Assembly: GCA_021824095.1 (NCBI GenBank)
Contig: JAKALQ010000002.1
Span: forward strand, 935 to 64,934
DNA from: Actinomycetes bacterium
GTDB taxonomy: Bacteria; Actinomycetota; Actinomycetes; S36-B12; UBA5976
Length of the DNA: 64,000 bases
Direction of reading: 5' to 3'
Shown here: positions 46,225-54,299 of the stretch, in pieces
Layout of the letters: every line of letters begins with the position of its first letter
Numbering within the stretch: position 1 is the stretch's first letter
Program-made: the position numbers and the translations under genes
Notes under the pieces: generated by a model
Told to the model about the DNA's origin: nothing
Databases searched by the model: none
Seen by the model: only the letters and a program-made list of their open reading frames with translations

Positions 46225-47676
46225 CTACGCCGACGGGGTCGGCCGCACCAGCCCGCGCACATCGTCGAGGGCCTCGCCGTCGCCGCCGAACACCCGCCCC
46301 TGCACGCGCGTGCCCGTGGCGGGCCAGCCCGGGTCACCGTCCGACACGAAGGCCACCCAGGCGCCGTGCATGGCATCCGCGAGCGCCTGCGGCGGTGCAT
46401 CACCGAGCACCGTCGTGGCCCCCTCCGCACCGAGGGCGTCCCAGGTGAAGGGCAGGTCGAGGCAGTGGCCCGCGAGCCCGGTGACCGCGCTCGGGTGGGC
46501 GAAGTCGTACAGCCAGGTGCGGGCACCGCCGAGCGTGCGCGCCTGGGCCGTCTCGAGCACCGGACGCCGGAAGAGCACCGCCGTCGCGAGTCGGCCGAGG
46601 GGGTCGGGATCCCCCGCGTCGATGCACTGCTCGAGGTAGGTGCGCAGCAGCGGCTCGAGATCGATCGGGTCCAGCAGGCGTCGCACCTGTCCGGCGTCGA
46701 GGTCAGCGTCGGGCCGCACGAACTCGTCGCGCGTGGCCCCGATGAGGAGTGCGACATCGTCGGCGAAGCCGCGCGCCCAGGCCGCGTGCGGCACCACGGC
46801 CAGGGTGGCATCATCGAGTGCCGGGCCGAGAGGGCGCACCACGTCGCAGGGTGCCGTCGCGGCGGACGCGAGGTCAGCGATGAAGGGGCCGGCCGCGTCG
46901 AGCGCAGCCAGGAAGGCGAACTGCGCGTCGAGCACCTCGTCCTCCGTGCGCGACGACCAGCCGGCAATCGTCGGCTGCACTCCCGCGGCGGACGCCAGGG
47001 CGCGGCCCGTGGCCGCATGCTGCGCGCGAGTGGCGAGCCCGATGAGCGGCGAGTGCGCGATGGCACCGCGGAACAGCCCGCGGGCCGACGGCATCGCGAG
47101 CAGCGAGAGCACCGCGCCGCCACCAGCCGACTGACCGCTGATGGTCACCCGAGACGGATCGCCGCCGAAGGCCGCGATGTTGTTGCGCACCCACTCGAGC
47201 GCGCACACGAGGTCGCGCAGCCCGCGGTTCGCCGGGGCATCGGTGACCCAGCCGAAGCCGTCGAACCCGAGCCGGTAGGACACGGTGACGACCACCACGC
47301 CATCACGGTTGTAGGTGGCACCGTCGAACCAGGCGCCCACATGGGAGCCGGCGATGTAGCCACCGCCGTGGATGTAGACGAGCACGGGCAGGCTCGCCGA
47401 CCGGTCGGGCGTGAACACGTTGAGGTTCAACGTCTCCTCGCCCGGGATGCTCGGTTCCGGGATGGTGGAGACGGCCCACGGCGAGCGCCGCTGCGGTGTG
47501 GCGCCGAAGCGGGTGGCGTCGCGCGGCTCGCGCCAGGGAGCCGGGGGCTCGGGTGCCTGGAAGCGCAGGCGACCGACGGGCGCCGCGGCATACGGGATGC
47601 CGAGGAAGGCAAGGGAACCGGGACGCTCGATACCGACGACGGGGCCGCAGGGCGCATGCACAACGGGGGCAGCCAT
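46225..47676 (-). CDS. Carboxylesterase/lipase type B (para-nitrobenzyl esterase-like)
   Basis: FLGIPYAAAP motif and nucleophile elbow GQSAGG. Confidence 0.88.
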   Translation of the reverse strand: MAAPVVHAPCGPVVGIERPGSLAFLGIPYAAAPVGRLRFQAPEPPAPWREPRDATRFGATPQRRSPWAVSTIPEPSIPGEETLNLNVFTPDRSASLPVLVYIHGGGYIAGSHVGAWFDGATYNRDGVVVVTVSYRLGFDGFGWVTDAPANRGLRDLVCALEWVRNNIAAFGGDPSRVTISGQSAGGGAVLSLLAMPSARGLFRGAIAHSPLIGLATRAQHAATGRALASAAGVQPTIAGWSSRTEDEVLDAQFAFLAALDAAGPFIADLASAATAPCDVVRPLGPALDDATLAVVPHAAWARGFADDVALLIGATRDEFVRPDADLDAGQVRRLLDPIDLEPLLRTYLEQCIDAGDPDPLGRLATAVLFRRPVLETAQARTLGGARTWLYDFAHPSAVTGLAGHCLDLPFTWDALGAEGATTVLGDAPPQALADAMHGAWVAFVSDGDPGWPATGTRVQGRVFGGDGEALDDVRGLVRPTPSA

Positions 47677-47706
47677 GGCCGCGAGGCTAGCGGGCGCGTG
47701 CTGACG

Positions 47707-49368
47707 TCACGAGAGCAGCGCGCGCACCTCGCGACGCAGCACCTTGCCCACGACCGAGCGCGGCAATGCGTCGACGAGGACGATGCGACGCGGCACCTTG
47801 TAGGCAGCGAGGAGCGTGCGGCAGGTCTCACGCATGACCTCGGGGTCGAGCTGGGCGCCGGCTGCGGGCACGACCGCCGCGGCCACGATCTCGTGGTCAC
47901 CGTCGGGCAGGCCCGTGACCGCCACCTCGGCGACACCAGGCAGGCCCGCGATCACCTGCTCGACCTCGGACGGGTACACATTGAACCCACCGACGAGGAT
48001 GAGCTCCTTGATGCGGTCGACGATATGCAGGAAGCCGTCCTCGTCCTGCACCACGATGTCGCCCGTGCGCAGCCAGCCGCCCGGCAGCAGGGTGGCGGCC
48101 GTCTCGGCGTCGCGATGCCAGTAGCCGGCGAACACCTGCGGCCCGTGCACGAGGAGCTCGCCGGGTGTGCCCTGGGGCACCGCATGCGAGGGGTCATCGG
48201 GATCGACGATGCGCACGTCGGTCGCCGGGTAGGGCACGCCGATGGAGCCCGGACGTCGGGTGGGCGCGATGGGGTTGCCCACGGAGATGGGCGACGACTC
48301 CGTCATGCCGTAGCCCTCGACGAGCAGACCGCCGGTGGCCGCCTCCCAGAGCGTCACCACCTCGGGCGGGAGGGCCATGGCCCCTGCGAGGGCGACGCGG
48401 ATGGAGGTGAGGTCGACGCCCCGACGACGTGCCGCCTCAGCGAGGCGCGGGTACATCGGGGGCACGCCCGGCAGGAAGGTGCAGGGACGTCGCCGCATGG
48501 CGTCGAGCACGAGCTCGGGGTCGAACTTGGGGAACAGCACGACGGATGCGCGCATGAGCACCGCCGTCGTGAGGCAGAGCGTGAGCCCGTAGGCATGGAA
48601 CATCGGCAGCACCGCGTAGAAGGTCTCGCCCCCGACGGTGAGCATGGGCACCCAGGCGCGCGACTGCACGGCATTGGCCACGAGGTTGCGGTGCGTGAGC
48701 ATCGCACCCTTCGGAACGCCCGTGGTGCCGCCCGTGTACTGCAGCAGGGCGAGGTCGCCGGGCGCCGGCCTCGGGATCGCGTCGTCGATGGGCCGCGCTC
48801 CGTCGACGAGGTCATGCCAGCGTTGCAGGCCGGGGGCTGGGGCGGTCATGGCCGCGCGCGCGTGGCGGGCCTTGGCGATCGGCAGGCGCAGCATGGCGCG
48901 CTTGGTGGCGGGCAGCGCACGCGTCATGTCGACGGCGATGACGCGTGCACCGCGTGCGGCGCTGGCGGCGGCAGGTGCGACGACGTCCCAGGCGATGACG
49001 AGCACCGGTGCATGGTCGGCGAACTGCTGGGCCAGCTCGCGCTCGGTGTAGAGCGGGTTGTGCTCGACCACTACCGCACCCAGACGCAGCACGGCGTAGA
49101 AGGCGATGACGTGGTCGGTGCAGTTCGGCATGACGATGGCGACGCGATCACCGGCGCGTACGCCGATGGCGTGCAGGGCTCCGGCCGCGCGGCCGATGCC
49201 CTGCCAGGCCTCGGCATAGGTGAGGGTGCCGCCGAGGAAGTCGAGCGCGACGCGATCGGGATGCGTGCGCACCGCCTCAGCGAAGAGGTCGACGACCGAG
49301 ACCTCGGGGATGGTCGGGTCGGGGTCCACACCGGGCCCGTAGTGCCGCACCCATGGCCGCTCCTGCAC
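47707..49368 (-). CDS. AMP-dependent synthetase/ligase (long-chain fatty-acid-CoA ligase-like)
   Basis: AMP-binding motifs YTGGTTGVPKGA and GWLRTGD. GTG 49368 is preceded by GGAGGTG about 7 nt upstream. The track extension to 49698 is not protein-like. Confidence 0.85.
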   Translation of the reverse strand: MQERPWVRHYGPGVDPDPTIPEVSVVDLFAEAVRTHPDRVALDFLGGTLTYAEAWQGIGRAAGALHAIGVRAGDRVAIVMPNCTDHVIAFYAVLRLGAVVVEHNPLYTERELAQQFADHAPVLVIAWDVVAPAAASAARGARVIAVDMTRALPATKRAMLRLPIAKARHARAAMTAPAPGLQRWHDLVDGARPIDDAIPRPAPGDLALLQYTGGTTGVPKGAMLTHRNLVANAVQSRAWVPMLTVGGETFYAVLPMFHAYGLTLCLTTAVLMRASVVLFPKFDPELVLDAMRRRPCTFLPGVPPMYPRLAEAARRRGVDLTSIRVALAGAMALPPEVVTLWEAATGGLLVEGYGMTESSPISVGNPIAPTRRPGSIGVPYPATDVRIVDPDDPSHAVPQGTPGELLVHGPQVFAGYWHRDAETAATLLPGGWLRTGDIVVQDEDGFLHIVDRIKELILVGGFNVYPSEVEQVIAGLPGVAEVAVTGLPDGDHEIVAAAVVPAAGAQLDPEVMRETCRTLLAAYKVPRRIVLVDALPRSVVGKVLRREVRALLS

Positions 49369-49465
49369 CGTGATGCACCTCCACCGGCAACCTACGCCCC
49401 GCCGAGCATCCGCGGCACGTCCTTCGCTGCCGCCCACCGCGAGAACCGCCCGCACGCGTGGTGTG

Positions 49466-49485
49466 GCATACCCCACGGGGTATGC
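49466..49485. promoter_or_regulatory. Perfect inverted repeat GCATACCCC-AC-GGGGTATGC; CsoR/RicR-family-type operator candidate
   Basis: 9-bp arms with a 2-nt spacer. The right arm overlaps the TATGCT hexamer (49481-49486) of the CxxC membrane protein gene. Confidence 0.55.
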
Positions 49486-49492
49486 TCCCCGC

Positions 49493-49960
49493 ATGCCGAC
49501 CTGCCTCGACGCGCTCCTCACCTGGTCCCTGCGCCGCTGGGTCGCGGCCGGGCTCATGGCCGCCTTCGGCTTCCTGGCCATCGGGCTCACCACCGACGTC
49601 ATCCCGAACCCCGTGTTCGGTCGCGGCGTGCCCGTCACCGACTGGGCGCTCGGGGTGCTCGCCGCCACATCGGTGCTCGGCGGCCTCGTGTTCGCCACCT
49701 ATGTGCGCAACGACGCCTTCGTGCTCGAGGCCGGTGACCGCACGGCACGAGCCGGCTTCGCGGGCAGCATGCTCTCACTGTTCGCCGTCGGCTGCCCCAC
49801 CTGCAACAAGCTCGTGCTCATCGCGCTCGGGTCCAGCGGAGCGGTGCGGTGGTTCGCCCCGGTCCAGCCCTACCTCGCGGTGGCATCGCTCGCGCTGCTC
49901 GCCTGGTCGTTCCGCACGCGTGTCCTGCGCGAATCGAGCTGCGCCCTGCCGATCCGGTGA
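49493..49960 (+). CDS. Small integral membrane protein (about 4 TM) with intramembrane CxxC motif, unknown function
   Basis: 155 aa starting at ATG 49493. GCPTCNKLV lies within a predicted TM helix. TATGCT hexamer lies 6 nt before the ATG. Confidence 0.6.
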   Translation: MPTCLDALLTWSLRRWVAAGLMAAFGFLAIGLTTDVIPNPVFGRGVPVTDWALGVLAATSVLGGLVFATYVRNDAFVLEAGDRTARAGFAGSMLSLFAVGCPTCNKLVLIALGSSGAVRWFAPVQPYLAVASLALLAWSFRTRVLRESSCALPIR

Positions 49961-49972
49961 CAGGATGTCGCC

Positions 49973-51292
49973 GTGAGCCGGCAGCGCGTCCTCGTCATCG
50001 GCCACACGGATGTCGGACGCCGCGTGTGCGGCCTCCTGCGCGAGCAGGGCATCGACACCGTGCACCTCGACGATCCGACGGATGCCGACATCGCGGCACA
50101 CGTCGATGACGCCCTCACCGGCGTGGCCGTGCTCCTCCACGACGACATCCGCGCCCTGCGCTACTCGCTCGTCGTCGAGCACCTGCACCCGGGCATCCGG
50201 CTGTTCGTCGCCATCTTCGACCGCACGGTGCGCAGCCAACTCGAGGTGGCCGTGCCGAACTGCGTCGTCATGTCGCCGGCCGCCATCTCCGTGCCGAGCA
50301 TGGTGGCAGCGGCCATCGCGCCTGGCCACGCCGCCATCCGTCGCCGTGGGGCACCGACGGTGCGGGCCTGGGTGTCGGTGACGGAGGCCAGCCCCTACGC
50401 CCTACGCGAGTTCATGCCATCGGCGGGCATGCGCCTGCGCGGCGCACTCGGCATCCTGCGGGGGCAGGTGCGGCCATACGACCAGGGGTCCGTGGTGCTG
50501 CTCGCGGGCGCCCTCGGCCTGGCGCTCGTGACCGCGATCGACACCTGGGTGGGCGCGCACCACGACGGCTTCCTCGTGGCCCTGCACGACGCCGTGCTCA
50601 CCACCGCCACCGTGCAGTCGCCGGGCATCGGGGACGAGCCGTTGCGGCTGCTCTGGGCAACCGTTGCCGCCGCCCTCGTCATGGGCCTCACGGCTGCGTT
50701 CGGTGCGGGCATCGTCCACCACCTGCTCGAGGGCCGGCACGTCGGCATCGTGGGCCGACGCGTGGCGCCGCGCTCCGGGCACGTCATCATCGCCGGCATG
50801 GGGCAGGTGGGGCTGCGACTGGCCCAGGAACTGCGGGCCCTCGGCATCGCCGTCGTCTGCATCGAGCAGCGCCACGATGCGCCCACGTTGTCGAAGGCCA
50901 AGGGACTCGGCATTCCCGTCGTCATCGACGACGCCTCGTCGCAGGGGGTGCTGCGCCGCGCCGGGATCCGTCGCGCTCTTGCCGTGGTTGCCGCGGGCAG
51001 CGACGAGCGCGACAACATCGCGATCGCCATCGCAGCACGTGCGGCGGCCCCTGCCGTCGATGTCGTGATCCGCGCCGGCTCCGACGACGCCATCGCGGAG
51101 ACGCGGTCGCTGTTCCATATCGGGGCGGCCATCGACGTCAACGCGCTCACGGCGGCCTTCGTCGCGCAGGCGGTGCATGGCTCCCGCCCCTACCTTGCCG
51201 TCCACGCCGATGCCGCAGTGGTCGCCATCGACGAACAGGGCGCCATCCTCGGTCGCTACGCCGCCGAATCCGCCCACTGCGCCTGTGCGTGA
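49973..51292 (+). CDS. RCK/TrkA-N domain membrane protein (ion-channel-like 2-TM core flanked by two NAD-binding-fold domains)
   Basis: C-terminal TrkA-N motif HVIIAGMGQVGLRLAQEL. N-terminal Rossmann-like RVLVIGHTDVGRRV. Central two hydrophobic helices flank TTATVQSPGIGD. Confidence 0.7.
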   Translation: MSRQRVLVIGHTDVGRRVCGLLREQGIDTVHLDDPTDADIAAHVDDALTGVAVLLHDDIRALRYSLVVEHLHPGIRLFVAIFDRTVRSQLEVAVPNCVVMSPAAISVPSMVAAAIAPGHAAIRRRGAPTVRAWVSVTEASPYALREFMPSAGMRLRGALGILRGQVRPYDQGSVVLLAGALGLALVTAIDTWVGAHHDGFLVALHDAVLTTATVQSPGIGDEPLRLLWATVAAALVMGLTAAFGAGIVHHLLEGRHVGIVGRRVAPRSGHVIIAGMGQVGLRLAQELRALGIAVVCIEQRHDAPTLSKAKGLGIPVVIDDASSQGVLRRAGIRRALAVVAAGSDERDNIAIAIAARAAAPAVDVVIRAGSDDAIAETRSLFHIGAAIDVNALTAAFVAQAVHGSRPYLAVHADAAVVAIDEQGAILGRYAAESAHCACA

Positions 51293-51303
51293 CGCTCCCC
51301 TAT

Positions 51304-51371
51304 CGGCGCTTCACTCCTTCACGCGCCCGCAGACACTGCGTGTCGCGGGCGCGTGAAGGAGTGAAGCGCCG
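51304..51371. repeat. 68-nt near-perfect hairpin (27-bp perfect stem plus 5 more bp after one bulge) between convergent genes
   Basis: CGGCGCTTCACTCCTTCACGCGCCCGC (51304-51330) is the exact reverse complement of 51345-51371. The loop contains GACAC-TGC-GTGTC. Confidence 0.8.
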
Positions 51372-51384
51372 GGGACAGCCCGTG

Positions 51385-52098
51385 TCAGGAGATGCGGTCG
51401 ATGCTGCGGCGGCCGGCGTTGAAGGTGTTCACGTGCGCGTCTGACGCGTAGCCGATGGCGATGCCGGTGAGCAGTCGGTAGTGCGGCGGGATGTCGAACT
51501 CCGCATCGACGGGCCCCCGCCAGGTCGCGAGCACGCCAAGCGGGCAGGTGCCAACGCCATTGGCGTGCGCCGAGAGCATGAGCGTCTGCAGCATGAGGCC
51601 CGCGTCCTGCGCGGAGAAGGGCAGCAGTCCCTCGTGCGCGAAGATGAAGCCGATGGTCGGCGCACCGAAGAACTCGCAGTTGCGACGCCACTGCGCGTCG
51701 CGCGCATCGCGATCCTGTCGCGCGATGCCGAGGTGGCTGTACAACTCGCGACCGACCTTCACCCGGTAGGGCTGCAGGTCACGCGGGTAGGCGCGCCAGG
51801 TCTTGAAGTCGCCGTCGGGTCGCCCACGGCGCAGCAGGAACATGCGCAGCAGCGCCAGCGGCCGCCGATGCTGGGCGTCGAGTGACGCATCGAACAGCTC
51901 GAGGTAGCGCTGCCGCAGCCGCTCGGTCTTCTCACCCGAGGCGATGGCGATGAAGTAGGGCTGGGTGTTCGTCCAGCTCGGCGCCCACTTCGCATCCTCG
52001 AGGATGTGCGTGAGGAGCGTCTCGGGCACGGGGTCGGGACGGAAGTCGCGGACGCTGCGACGCGTCCGCACCAACTCGGAGAAGTCCTCGGGCGTCAC
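51385..52098 (-). CDS. Nitroreductase family protein
   Basis: RRSVRDFRPDPVP... nitroreductase N-terminal motif. GTG start with TAGGCT 6 nt upstream. Confidence 0.85.
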   Translation of the reverse strand: MTPEDFSELVRTRRSVRDFRPDPVPETLLTHILEDAKWAPSWTNTQPYFIAIASGEKTERLRQRYLELFDASLDAQHRRPLALLRMFLLRRGRPDGDFKTWRAYPRDLQPYRVKVGRELYSHLGIARQDRDARDAQWRRNCEFFGAPTIGFIFAHEGLLPFSAQDAGLMLQTLMLSAHANGVGTCPLGVLATWRGPVDAEFDIPPHYRLLTGIAIGYASDAHVNTFNAGRRSIDRIS

Positions 52099-52186
52099 AG
52101 CCGCAGCCTAGGGCGACGGCGTCCCCACGCCCATGGTGTCCGACGAGTCCGCCTGGCTATCCGCGTGCAGGCCCGGAGCTGCGAGG

Positions 52187-53011
52187 TCAGCGGGCCAGCC
52201 GTCCGAGCAGGCGCGATGCTGCGATGATGCCGAGCACCGCAGCCACCGTGAGCACGGCGAAGTCGGACCACAGGTTGCCCGGATTGCCCAACAGCAGGGT
52301 GCGCAGCGAGCTCACCTCATAGCTGAGCGGGTTGGCGGTGCTGAGGTGCTGCAGCCAGGTGGGCATCATCGACACGGGGTACAGGGCGCTCGACGCGAAG
52401 AACAGCGGCATCGTGATGGCCTGGCCGATCCCCATGAGCCGATCGCGCGACATCACGAGCCCTGCGATGACCATCGAGAGGCAGGAGAAGAAGATGGTGC
52501 CGAGCACGACGGACGCGCCCGCACCCAGCAGCCGCAACGGGTTTGCCGTCATGCCCACCCCGATGACGACGGACACGAGCAGGATGACGACGACCATCGC
52601 AAGTGCACGCACGGCCGCTGCGAAGGACTTGCCCGCGATGAGCGCGACGCGCGGGGTGGGCGTGACGAGCAGCTTGGCGAGGATGCCGGCGTCGCGCTCC
52701 CAGATGATTTGGATGCCGTAGAAGATGGCCACGAACATGCCCGACTGCGCGATGATCCCCGGCGCCATGTACTGCAGGTAGGACAGGCTGCCGGTGGGGA
52801 TGGCACGGACGCGCGAGAACGTCTCGCCGAACACCACGAGCCACAGCACGGGTTGGATCGCGCGGGTCACGAGCTCGGTGCGGTCGTGCATGAGCTTCTG
52901 CCACTCGACGACGCAGAAGGCGACGATGCGCGACCCCGCCAGCGCCACCGCATTGCGTGGCGCGACACCACTACCCCAATCGGCGCGCGGTGCGACGGGT
53001 GGCACGGACAT
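52187..53011 (-). CDS. ABC-2 type transporter permease (DrrB/NodJ-like)
   Basis: Six-TM ABC-2 sequence. The start is uncertain: ATG 53011 overlaps the ATPase gene by 41 nt and downstream GTGs are possible. The track start at 53263 is implausible. Confidence 0.75.
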   Translation of the reverse strand: MSVPPVAPRADWGSGVAPRNAVALAGSRIVAFCVVEWQKLMHDRTELVTRAIQPVLWLVVFGETFSRVRAIPTGSLSYLQYMAPGIIAQSGMFVAIFYGIQIIWERDAGILAKLLVTPTPRVALIAGKSFAAAVRALAMVVVILLVSVVIGVGMTANPLRLLGAGASVVLGTIFFSCLSMVIAGLVMSRDRLMGIGQAITMPLFFASSALYPVSMMPTWLQHLSTANPLSYEVSSLRTLLLGNPGNLWSDFAVLTVAAVLGIIAASRLLGRLAR

Positions 53012-53783
53012 CGCGGAGTCCCTCCTGCTCAGGGGCGCGCAACTCGCCGCCCGCGAAGTGACGGAAGACGTCGTCGAGTGACGCACCCGGACCGACGGCG
53101 GCCTTGAGCTGCGACGGCGTCCCCTCCGCCTGCAGTGCCCCACGGTGCATGAGGACGAGACGGTCGCAGAGCTCGTCCGCCTCCTCCATGTAGTGGGTCG
53201 TGAGCAGCACGGACATGCCGTGCTCGTCGCGCATGCGCCGCACGCGCTCCCAGACCCCCTCACGCGCCAACGGGTCGAGGCCGGTCGTGGGCTCGTCGAG
53301 CACGAGCAGCGCCGGACGGCTCACGAGCGCCTGCGCAAGTTCGAGCCGACGCACCATGCCACCGGAGTACGTCGATGCCGTGCGATCGGCGGCATCCTCG
53401 AGGTCGAGCAGCGCGAGCGCCTCCCGCACGCGATCGGCGCGCTCGCGCCGCGGTACGTCGAAGAGGCGAGCGAAGAGGGTGACGTTCTCTCGTCCGGTGA
53501 GCGCGCCCTCGATCGAGAGCTGCTGCGGCACGTAGCCGATGAGCCGCCGCACGCCCATGGGGTTCGATCGGACGTTGACGCCGAAGACCTCCACCGTGCC
53601 CTCGCGCACGGGCAGCAGGGTGTTGATGAGGCGGATCGTGGTGGTCTTGCCGGCCCCGTTGGGGCCAAGGAGCCCGACGACCTCGCCGCTGCCGACGCGG
53701 AAGTCGAGGTGGTCCACGGCAAGGACATCACCGAAGCGGTGCACCAGCCCGACGCAGCGCACCGCGTCGACGGCGCCGCTCAT
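52971..53783 (-). CDS. ABC transporter ATP-binding protein (DrrA-like)
   Basis: Walker A GPNGAGKTT, signature YSGGMVRR, Walker B LVLDEPTTGLD. ATGA overlap with the MarR stop. Confidence 0.9.
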   Translation of the reverse strand: MSGAVDAVRCVGLVHRFGDVLAVDHLDFRVGSGEVVGLLGPNGAGKTTTIRLINTLLPVREGTVEVFGVNVRSNPMGVRRLIGYVPQQLSIEGALTGRENVTLFARLFDVPRRERADRVREALALLDLEDAADRTASTYSGGMVRRLELAQALVSRPALLVLDEPTTGLDPLAREGVWERVRRMRDEHGMSVLLTTHYMEEADELCDRLVLMHRGALQAEGTPSQLKAAVGPGASLDDVFRHFAGGELRAPEQEGLRDVRATRRTARRLG

Positions 53784-54229
53784 GGCCGCTCGGCCTCCAT
53801 CGCCTCGAGCAGGTGCTCGAGTGCCGGGAGGGCACGACGGATCTGGTCCTGCTCACGCTGCGGCAAGGACGCGAGCACCTCCTCGACGTACCCGCTGCGC
53901 CGATCGCGCCAGCGCAGCACACGCCGGTGGGCCGACGCAGTGAGGCGCAGGCGCACGACGCGGGCGTCCTGGCGATCCGTCTCACGCACGATGACATCGT
54001 TCTCCACGAGGCGCGTGACGAGCGTCGAGATCGTGTTGGGAGCGAGGCCGAGCCGGGACGCCGCACCTGCCACCGTGACACCCGGCTCCCGTCGCACGAG
54101 TCGGACGAGCTCTGCCTGCGCCTGGGAGAGCGGGGAGCCGGGAAGGGGTTCGCCCGCCTGGCTGCGCAAACGTCGCTGCATCGAGATGATGAGATCGGTC
54201 AACTGCACGGCCACGGGCGAATCAGACAT
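53780..54229 (-). CDS. MarR-family transcriptional regulator (first gene of the MarR-ABC-2 efflux operon)
   Basis: wHTH with LGLAPNTISTLVTRLVENDVIVRETDRQDARV. The start ATG at 54229 lies 2 nt from the 41-bp palindrome. Confidence 0.85.
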   Translation of the reverse strand: MSDSPVAVQLTDLIISMQRRLRSQAGEPLPGSPLSQAQAELVRLVRREPGVTVAGAASRLGLAPNTISTLVTRLVENDVIVRETDRQDARVVRLRLTASAHRRVLRWRDRRSGYVEEVLASLPQREQDQIRRALPALEHLLEAMEAERP

Positions 54230-54230
54230 G

Positions 54231-54271
54231 CATCCAGCATATACCTCTGTTACAGAGGTATATGCTGGATG
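54231..54271. promoter_or_regulatory. 41-bp perfect palindrome (20-bp arms, 1-nt centre), AT-rich; candidate MarR operator and/or terminator
   Basis: CATCCAGCATATACCTCTGT-T-ACAGAGGTATATGCTGGATG, checked base by base. It ends 2 nt from the marR ATG and contains the TATGCT -10-like hexamer. Confidence 0.8.
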
Positions 54272-54299
54272 TGACGCTCGTTACGTGGTCCGAACGCGA

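Noticed and set aside
45649-49737. 1362-aa plus-strand ORF, the second longest ORF in the track
   Set aside because: It runs antisense to three minus-strand genes with clear family signatures (MarR, carboxylesterase GQSAGG, AMP-ligase YTGGTTGVPKGA). Its translation is an Arg/Gly/Ala/His/Glu-rich low-information sequence, typical of stop-poor antisense frames in 70% GC DNA.
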